Of a stretch of 63,323 nucleotides of DNA, positions 47,001 to 54,300 are shown one piece after another. Numbering within the stretch: position 1 is the stretch's first letter; each line of letters starts with the position of its first letter. Below the pieces are notes generated by a model that saw only the letters and a list, made by a program, of their open reading frames with translations, was not told the origin of the DNA and did not search any database. A program made the translations under genes and the position numbers. This DNA comes from Minisyncoccota bacterium (GTDB taxonomy: Bacteria; Patescibacteriota; Minisyncoccia; Phycocordibacterales; PALSA-1337), in contig JAGOQK010000004.1 in NCBI GenBank assembly GCA_017991475.1, positions 7,227 to 70,549 of the forward strand. Direction: 5' to 3'.

Positions 47001-48581
47001 TCCTTTTGAAAAATCGATAAGAATGAATCCTCTCTCATTATTAGTATAGGCTGCACCGCTCACGATCTTCGAGGTACCAGAGAGTCCAACAACTCTAAAA
47101 CGATAATTCTGAGTCGTCGTCGATATCGTCAATATGCTTCCAACAGCCGTACCTCCATTGTCAGTGTCCGTAGTCGATCCTGACACATCAAAGAAATCAC
47201 CAGACTCCTCTATGTCTGCCTGAACCTTGAACGTTCCTCCTCCATTCTGACTAATGTAGTAGACCTTGAATGTGTTAGATCTGATAGTATCGGTGCTGTT
47301 GTTGCTGAACGTCACAGTTCCAGAAGTCGGCACACTGTATGTGGCACCAGTAATCCAATGGGTATAGTCTGTAGTATTGAAAGTTGTCCCATTACCAGCG
47401 AGAGCATTTATTCCCCCAAAACCAAGTCCAGCCAATCCGTAATACTGCTGAAACAAGGCGAGTAAATATGTCCTCTTTCCCTCTATAACTGAATCTCCGA
47501 AAATACCCACCTTAAGATTCAGACCATTCAACGAGTCGTAGATTGCGCCAGCTGTATTATAGAGCCCGTATATTCTGTTTTTAATACAATTAGTCCCATC
47601 AGTCGAGAAACATGGTGCTGTCGTGGTCGCGGTAAAATATCCCCCTCCAGAAACTGAAAGTTTCGCGGAAGGCGATGTAGTACCGATGCCGACATTTCCG
47701 CTCGCATTCCAGACTCCTCCTGGGAAATACGCAGCTTCGGATACCGACACCTGGGTCGTCGACGCATTCGCCAAGGTCTGTAGTGCGGTGAATGTGTTGG
47801 CGACATACAGCTTCGGAATAGTTGTTGACGCTGCGACATACGCATCTACGTCAGAGTTACCATATGTACCGCTGCCCCCGACGATACCGAGCGACGATGT
47901 TGAGACCAATTCATAAGCACCTGAAGCCGTGCCGAGCAAAAGCTGACCGTATGACGGAGCGCTGGACAAACCCGTTCCACCGTTCGAGGGTTGGAGAGCT
48001 GTACCAGACCAATCCTCATCGTTCACCGATGATTGACTAGCCAGTGTACCGAGATCTGATATATCATCTGCCTCCAAATTGGTGACGGAATTGCCGATAC
48101 TATTGAAAACTCTATCAGTCTGAATATCTGCCTTCGCCTTGTATTGATAAAATTCTGCACGGAGCGCATCGATAGCATTCGCCATATAGTCTGGCGTGAT
48201 TCCCGCATCGGCAGCAACAGTCATGACGGATACTGTGCGATCGAGAAACGTATCGTTTGATACCGGCGGCCTTGAAAAATCGAGATTACTGGTAGAAACG
48301 CGCTCAAGTTCAACACCATCTTCAACCACCTCCTTCAAAATGGGTTCTTGAGAAATATCCACATCGGCTGGACGCGCGCAATAAGAAGGACCTTCAAACG
48401 GTGAAACTGCAGGAATAATCGTACACACAAACATGCGCCATCCCGTCTGCGCAGCAGCTATGTTCAGTCCGAAGGAGAATGCCTGCACTGATTTCGGATA
48501 CGGAGCCACCAATAGTGCACCCAAATAAGCCACTATGCCCATGCATAGCAAAGCTATTTTCCGGTTCCCCGAAGTATTCAT
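44007..48581 (-). CDS. Giant secreted tail-fibre-like protein (SGNH module, GNVGIGT repeats, S74 chaperone domain, acidic tail)
   Basis: N-terminal TM/signal; FGDS...GVHL module; PSLRDTKHDI, RYGFIAEDTE; D/E/T-rich C-terminus; start set to ATG 48581. Confidence 0.88.
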   Translation of the reverse strand: MNTSGNRKIALLCMGIVAYLGALLVAPYPKSVQAFSFGLNIAAAQTGWRMFVCTIIPAVSPFEGPSYCARPADVDISQEPILKEVVEDGVELERVSTSNLDFSRPPVSNDTFLDRTVSVMTVAADAGITPDYMANAIDALRAEFYQYKAKADIQTDRVFNSIGNSVTNLEADDISDLGTLASQSSVNDEDWSGTALQPSNGGTGLSSAPSYGQLLLGTASGAYELVSTSSLGIVGGSGTYGNSDVDAYVAASTTIPKLYVANTFTALQTLANASTTQVSVSEAAYFPGGVWNASGNVGIGTTSPSAKLSVSGGGYFTATTTAPCFSTDGTNCIKNRIYGLYNTAGAIYDSLNGLNLKVGIFGDSVIEGKRTYLLALFQQYYGLAGLGFGGINALAGNGTTFNTTDYTHWITGATYSVPTSGTVTFSNNSTDTIRSNTFKVYYISQNGGGTFKVQADIEESGDFFDVSGSTTDTDNGGTAVGSILTISTTTQNYRFRVVGLSGTSKIVSGAAYTNNERGFILIDFSKGGIDFDENDQTPQAIVEPFIADVAPHLLFVETKDDSAIFNTYFPSLKAKFDAGTTETDWFFIGSSPYRSDFYTTIQIASNANMKKYANDNDHAYFDLFDLFPDATMMDANAYLDAPGVHLTAKGYDYASNILFEQSIGQFQSKIWNNSGGAMFPQFILSGQTTQTYNQKGVMNPSTDSTLGRAGWFIYGHKNSYKELVLGDVGQTQRLSVVSMPGNDAVYPYGMYWGIGSNARLAMTSGGRMKIADSPTSVAPLARLEVQEANSTLIDLYVNGVSGKTGNLQRWGVNGTALSVVTAAGYIGIGSTTPGTHLSLGATGNDTINLSPTATSTFGSGINIRTGCFAVNGTCISAGGGSGTVTSGTAGYIPYYGSSGTTLSEAVGLFWDNTNTRLGIGTTSALSDISFGGNAARSITVERNTTTSGRNLTIQAGGAKAGLTNSNGGTLVLQSGTSTGSGYSMIDFKTMSPGSSGVADGTLATRLSIGKFGAVQIGGSSAGFGFSGEHYGGLDVAYGGAPATLILGAESNLTTRTNYTTKIAKVSFAPYLTSASPVAFFSASSLSTSNVITWGGGTGTLQSATQHDFYTATATNTPTGTSRMTIDSVGNIGINDTSPSHILDIALSSSATAKTSAFSGISVNNTATSTSNIIKSGINISSTGTWSGATASNIGLYVSAVTGGTNNYDAVFNGGGNVGVATTSPWRSLSVAGTAAFSGLTASTGAGSVCLTTAGELVYNAGTDACLPSLRDTKHDIEALDLDALGIVADLEPTSFVYNDGDQRTRYGFIAEDTENVDEHLVTYAADGKLSGIDDRAVLSVLVKALKELISKVNSILAWFVGNTLTVQNDVCVDDVCVTKDQFKALLIDAGGRTREVVPNNDENNNEVANDDASSELDDEQATTTPVLVDDNEDVSTTTPETSGDDEEATQGDTESVDDTEEGNESDQADSAVADEDDIGATDVVDSSDSGADQTDEQSEQDNLEEESVPVENAAVADDEQEASQ

Positions 48582-48652
48582 GCAGCAATTATAGCACCCC
48601 ACTGAGGCAATCGAGATTGCTTCAGTGGGGATAAAACGCTCAAGAATCGACC

Positions 48653-49912
48653 CTATCCGAGCACCGAGCTCTTGAACTCCTTCCAGGTACCATTAATGAT
48701 AGCTTTTCGAGCATTCTTGGCTAAATGCACCAAAAAATACAAGTTGTGAATCGACGCGAGCGTTGCCGCAAGCATCTCTTTTGCTCGAAAAAGATGTGCG
48801 AGGTAAGCCTTGGTGTAATTTTTACAGGTATAACACCCACATTCCGCCTCGATTGGCGTAAAATCCGCCTTAAACTCCGCATTTAACAAATTTATAGTAT
48901 TCTTGCCTTTTCTCACATATACCGCCCCGTTACGTGCGATCCTCGTCGGAGCAACACAATCGAATGTGTCGATACCATTCTCAATACCAAGAATGATATC
49001 TTCAGGTGCGCCGATGCCGAGCAAGTGTCGAGGTTTTCCTTCTGACAATTCGTCAACAACCCAGCCGACCGCCGTTGCAATATCCTCCTTCTCAAATGAT
49101 CCGCCGATGCCGAAGCCGTCGAAATCCATCGCGCCGATCGTACGCGCGCTCTCTTTTCGCAAATCCTCATGGCGACCTCCCTGCACGATGCCAAAAAGCG
49201 CTTGGTCCTTCTCGTTCGTCTTCTTGTGATGTTCGAGCGAGCGAGCAGCCCATCTATGCGTCCTGTCCATAGCCTCCTTCTGATATTCGTGGTCCGCGAG
49301 CGGCGAGGTGCACTCATCGAACGCAAACATGATGTCAGCTCCGATCGTGTGCTGTATATCCATTGAGCGCTCAGGCGTGAAGAAGTGTGTACTTCCATCG
49401 AGAATCGATCTGAATTCGACTCCATCCTCAGTCACTTTTGCAAAATTCTGTGCATGACTAGTTTGCACGTCACTCAAATCATCCTTTGATTGCCCCTCGA
49501 CTGCATAACGTGTCTCCTTATATTTACCCGCATCATCGAGCACTTTCTCCCGTCCACCACGCTGACCAATCTTCGATGCAGTCTTATTGAAGGCAGCTCC
49601 GAGCGAAAATGCCTGGAATCCTCCCGAGTCCGTGAATGTGGGTCCCTTCCAATTCATGAATGAAGGAAAACCGCCCGCCTTCTTGAGAATTTCCTCACCT
49701 GGCTGAAGATACAGATGGTAGGTATTCGCGAGCACAGCCTGAGCGCCGAGCGACGAGATCTGCTCGGGGGTCAGTGCTTTCACTGTCGCCTTGGTCCCAA
49801 CCACGATGAAAGCCGGCGTTTCTACTGCGCCGTGTGAGGTCTGAATGGTCCCCGCACGGCCACGACCGTTGGGAAGTTTGGCATGAATGTCGAATGAGAG
49901 CATGTAGGTCAA
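48653..49912 (-). CDS. tgt: tRNA-guanine transglycosylase
   Basis: LANTYHL, TDSGGFQ, FDECT, GIVQGG, FDCVAPTR, CGCYTC zinc site, SIHN. Confidence 0.96.
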   Translation of the reverse strand: MTYMLSFDIHAKLPNGRGRAGTIQTSHGAVETPAFIVVGTKATVKALTPEQISSLGAQAVLANTYHLYLQPGEEILKKAGGFPSFMNWKGPTFTDSGGFQAFSLGAAFNKTASKIGQRGGREKVLDDAGKYKETRYAVEGQSKDDLSDVQTSHAQNFAKVTEDGVEFRSILDGSTHFFTPERSMDIQHTIGADIMFAFDECTSPLADHEYQKEAMDRTHRWAARSLEHHKKTNEKDQALFGIVQGGRHEDLRKESARTIGAMDFDGFGIGGSFEKEDIATAVGWVVDELSEGKPRHLLGIGAPEDIILGIENGIDTFDCVAPTRIARNGAVYVRKGKNTINLLNAEFKADFTPIEAECGCYTCKNYTKAYLAHLFRAKEMLAATLASIHNLYFLVHLAKNARKAIINGTWKEFKSSVLG

Positions 49913-49933
49913 GGATACGGAATTATCGTGGGG

Positions 49934-50055
49934 AGCGCAAGCACTGGCGCCGCATGTGTGTTCTCACCATGCTTCGTTGTATTTGTACACTACGCTTTAG
50001 TGAACCGCACTGCGAAGCATGGTGAGAACACACATGCGGCGCCAGTGCTTGCGCT
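49934..50055. repeat. Perfect 43-bp inverted repeat around a 36-nt core (cruciform element, copy 2)
   Basis: 49934..49976 is the exact reverse complement of 50013..50055. Confidence 0.95.
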
Positions 50056-50118
50056 TTGTACGCTCTTGCGGAGCAACGAGTTGCTACGCGCCTTCTGAGC
50101 CGTTATAATGTGCACACT

Positions 50119-50811
50119 ATGCATAACGAACACACTGGCCCACTTTCGCGCAAGGACATCCACGCTGACACAACCAAACGTCATCTCGAGCAGATTAATA
50201 AAGAGTTTAAGGACGGATTCGACTTTCTACACAAATATCCAAAGTCGGTCACCATATACGGATCTGCGCGCACCAAGCATGGCAGCCATGAATGGAATCA
50301 GGCAGAAGAGCTTGGTCGCAAAATCGTGAAGGAACTCAAATACGCCGTCATCACGGGCGGAGGTCCGGGCACCATGGAGGCCGCGAGCAAGGGCGCCAAG
50401 GATGCGGGCGGTCACGCTGTCGCGCTCGGCATCGAGCTACCACACGAGGGCAACACAAATCCATTTGCGACTGATCGCTTGCAGTTTACGTATTTCTTCT
50501 CGAGGAAAACCATGCTCAACTTTGCAGCCGAGGCATATGTATTTTTCCCCGGAGGATACGGCACCTTCGATGAGCTCTTCAGTACGATGACCCTCATCCA
50601 GACACGCAAAATACCGTCAGTGCCTGTCATTCTTGTTGGATCGAAATTCTGGAATGGCATCGCCGATTTCATCACAAAAAATATGCTTGAGCAGCAACAA
50701 GCTATCTCGGACTATGATATGGACATCTTCAAGGTGACCGACGATCTAGATCAGGTCATCGATATCATCAGATCGGCGCCCGTCTCTGAATGGTGGAGAA
50801 GTATCAACTAG
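50119..50811 (+). CDS. LOG-family protein (TIGR00730-like)
   Basis: VTIYGSAR, TGGGPGTMEA, FFSRK, PGGYGTFDEL. Confidence 0.94.
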   Translation: MHNEHTGPLSRKDIHADTTKRHLEQINKEFKDGFDFLHKYPKSVTIYGSARTKHGSHEWNQAEELGRKIVKELKYAVITGGGPGTMEAASKGAKDAGGHAVALGIELPHEGNTNPFATDRLQFTYFFSRKTMLNFAAEAYVFFPGGYGTFDELFSTMTLIQTRKIPSVPVILVGSKFWNGIADFITKNMLEQQQAISDYDMDIFKVTDDLDQVIDIIRSAPVSEWWRSIN

Positions 50812-50814
50812 ACA

Positions 50815-50888
50815 AGTAAACAGTGGCCAGAGATTAGTAAACAGAAAAGCGCACAATAACTGTGCGCTTTTCTGTTTACTGTTTACAG
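50815..50888. repeat. Terminator-like hairpin extended by gtaaaca heptads
   Basis: agtaaacagaaaagcgcaca/tgtgcgcttttctgtttact between convergent genes. Confidence 0.82.
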
Positions 50889-50911
50889 TTTTCGAATTTC
50901 TCCTCAGGCTA

Positions 50912-51163
50912 TTATGCCTTTGGGCGAGCCTCTGAGACGACGATCTTGCGACCATCGAGCTCTGAGCCATTGAGCTTCTCGATAGCTGCTGATGCTGATG
51001 CATCATCTGCCATCTCGACGAAACCGAAGCCCTTTGAGCGGCCGGACATCTTGTCCATGATAACTGCTGCCGACTCTACGGCACCTGCCTGTTCGAAGTG
51101 TGACTTCAGGGTCTGGTCAGTAGAACCCCAGGCAAGACTGCCTACGAAAAGTCTCTTTGACAT
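50912..51163 (-). CDS. Single-RRM RNA-binding protein
   Basis: LFVGSL (RNP2), KGFGFVEM (RNP1), LDGRKIVVSEARP. Confidence 0.96.
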   Translation of the reverse strand: MSKRLFVGSLAWGSTDQTLKSHFEQAGAVESAAVIMDKMSGRSKGFGFVEMADDASASAAIEKLNGSELDGRKIVVSEARPKA

Positions 51164-51350
51164 TTTCTTTGATTACCCGCACAACGAATCACTTGCGTAA
51201 CGCGCTAGCGGAACTCTCGTACATTATGCTAACGCGTGGAAGTGACGAGAAACTTACACATATACTAGTATAGCACAGTTTGAACCAAAACACAAGCCCC
51301 TTGCGAGGGCTTGGTTGAGGCAAATTATTTGATTTTGAGAACTGAAACTA

Positions 51351-54300
51351 CTATTGATATACACACCCTATCACTCCTCCGACAGTACCTTGTGGACACT
51401 CGTATGCTCCGACATCCCATACCCCATCAGCACCTCGGGTCTTTCTTGCTGGATCTAGATTAAAATCAGTAACTATTGATGTTCCATCTGGATTCTTAAG
51501 AACGGTGGGCACGTTCGATACTGGGATTCCTGGTGCCGCAAGTCCTGATACCTTAAGAGGAGCTGCAAGCTTGAATGTTCCTGCCTGGAATGGATCGGTC
51601 GACGCTGTGTAATTGTTGCTTGCGTTTACCGGAAGATATCCGATACCTCCATTTGCGACATTGTAGACGAGGTTGTTCCTGACGACACTATCAGCTGACC
51701 AGTACACGGTGGTGTCACCGCGGGTGATAGCTGCCCAGGAATTGGTGATGGTGTTGTTATAGACATAGAATGGACCATGAGTGACTGATCCTGAGTATGA
51801 ACGGAGCTCGAGGAAGCGATGTGTACTACCATTCTTGCCCCCGATACCGTCGTGGAAGACGTTGCCGTAGACATACCAGTTCCTGCTGGTGCTGCCCCAT
51901 GGATAGAGACCTTCCACCTGCCAGTTGTAGACCTCGTTATTGCGGAATATCATACCGTCACTACCGTTGACGATCATGAGGTTGCCGTGCCACTGTGCGG
52001 AGTTAGCAGCACCATTGTCGTAGATCTTGTTGTTCTCGATAGTGATATTGCGTGCACCAGCGAACCAGAACTCGTTTGGATGACCGCGGACGCGACTATT
52101 CTTGATGGTGATGTAGTCAGCACCTGGATTTGGTGCGTAGCCATATCCGATCATCATACCACTACCGTCACCAGAATGACTCACAAGAGCTGTACCGATA
52201 GACTCACCGTTAATAGCCTTGGCTGAATTGGGACCAACAAGGTCGACCTTGTTCAAGGTAATATATCTACCGCCTGTAGCGTCATATGAAGTTGGGAGAC
52301 CACCTGAGTTTGAAGAAACAAAGCGGAGACCCATATCCTCTTGTCCATCAATCTCAACATACGAGACTGGGGCTCTAAGAGCTGCGCTACTAGTGAAAGT
52401 TGCTCTCGAATCATATGCCGGATCCCATCCTGTAGATGATGTAGGAATAGTGTCAGTAGAGCGAACTCTCTTAATTCTTATAGGGTTTGCTGCGGTACCA
52501 CTACTGCCAACAGAGAGCCCTGTAGTATAATTTCCTCCTGCAATCCAGAGTGTATCTCCTGGTTTGATATTGCTCCATATGATACTGCTTGGAGTATTCC
52601 ACGCTGTTGCCCATGACTGTCCATTGCCAGAAGTTCCTGCTGCTGCATTGAGGTACCAGTTACCACCTGCTGCACCGATATTGATTGTAACACTCTTGAC
52701 TACAGAAGTACCTACAGCATTTGAACAAGTTATAGCGAACGTCGTTGGGGCTGTGAGTGTTCCTGTGGATACATCAACACCAGATACCCCAGTCTGCCAT
52801 GCTGAACTATTCTTGGTCACACTACATGAAGTTGCGTCCACTGATTGCCAGGTGATGAGTGCTGCCTGACCTGATAATACACTGATCTGATTTGCACTAA
52901 TAATAGCTGCTGGAGCGCCGAGCTGAGCTGTACGTGTATTAACGACTGTTGCCGCACCCTGATTTCCTGCTGCATCATACGCAGAAACACTGTAGCTATA
53001 CGCTGTGTCTGGTGTGAGTCCTGAGCTCGTGAATGTTGTTGCTGTTGAGTTTGGATTGTTCTGCAAAACTCCATTCATAAACACTCTGTATCCTGTAACG
53101 GCCTTATTATCGGTTGACGCATTCCAGTTGAGTGTAATCTGAGTTGATCCACCTACTGTTGCAATGAGTCCTGTGACAGCCTGTGGGGCCGTTGTATCAA
53201 GAATGTGTGCATCGAGACCATCCTGACCTACCCAACCATTTACACCTGAAGCAAAATCAACATTCCACCAGGTATAGGTTACTGTACCGAGAGTTGCCAC
53301 CTGAGGACCACCTGTAGTTGTAGCGACCGATCCTAGAGGTTGCGTAGTTTTTATCGCTCCAGCAACTCCATTTACAGGAGCCTGGCGCACATTGACCGTG
53401 GCGTTAGTTTCAACCAATTGAGGAATAGTGAACTTGCCCGGAGTCGTTACCGATCCGACAGTAACACTCGCTGAACGTGCATTTGAGACATTGCCTGCAG
53501 CGTCCTTTGCCCAAGCATAGAGAGTCTTGGTTCCTGCTGAAGTAAATGTGTATGCTGTTGGAGCATTCGTTGTCCATCCTGCTGCAGTAGCTGATGGCTT
53601 TGTAGCTGATTCGTTGACCATGTATCCTGTGACGGCTACGTTGTCAGTTGCACTGGTCGAGAGAGCTACGGTGAATGATGATCCAGAAGCTGTTGCTGTG
53701 AATGATGAGACGACAGGGAGAGTTGTGTCTGCTGTAACAATAGGAGGTGTTGTTGCGGAAGCTTCATTGGATAGAACAGATGTATTACCTGCTGCATTAT
53801 ATGAACTTACCGTATACTTGTAGGTTGTTCCTGAAGCTACAGTAGTATTCTGGAAAGAAGTAGCCGCTGGAGTAATGTTTGCAATTTGAGATCCATCTCT
53901 GAAGACCTTATACCCAATGACACCATTCAAAGGAACTGGTGCATTCCAAGTAAGGTTAACCTGTAATTGTGGAGAAGAAACTACTACAGCACTAAGTCCC
54001 GTTGGTGCCTGAGGAAGAGGATTTGCTACCGATCCGACAGTAACACTCGCTGAACGTGCATTTGAGACATTGCCTGCAGCGTCCTTTGCCCAAGCATAGA
54101 GAGTCTTGGTTCCTGCTGAAGTAAATGTGTATGCTGTTGGAGCATTCGTTGTCCATCCTGCTGCAGTAGCTGATGGCTTTGTAGCTGATTCGTTGACCAT
54201 GTATCCTGTGACGGCTACGTTGTCAGTTGCACTGGTCGAGAGAGCTACGGTGAATGATGATCCAGAAGCTGTTGCTGTGAATGATGAGACGACAGGGAGA

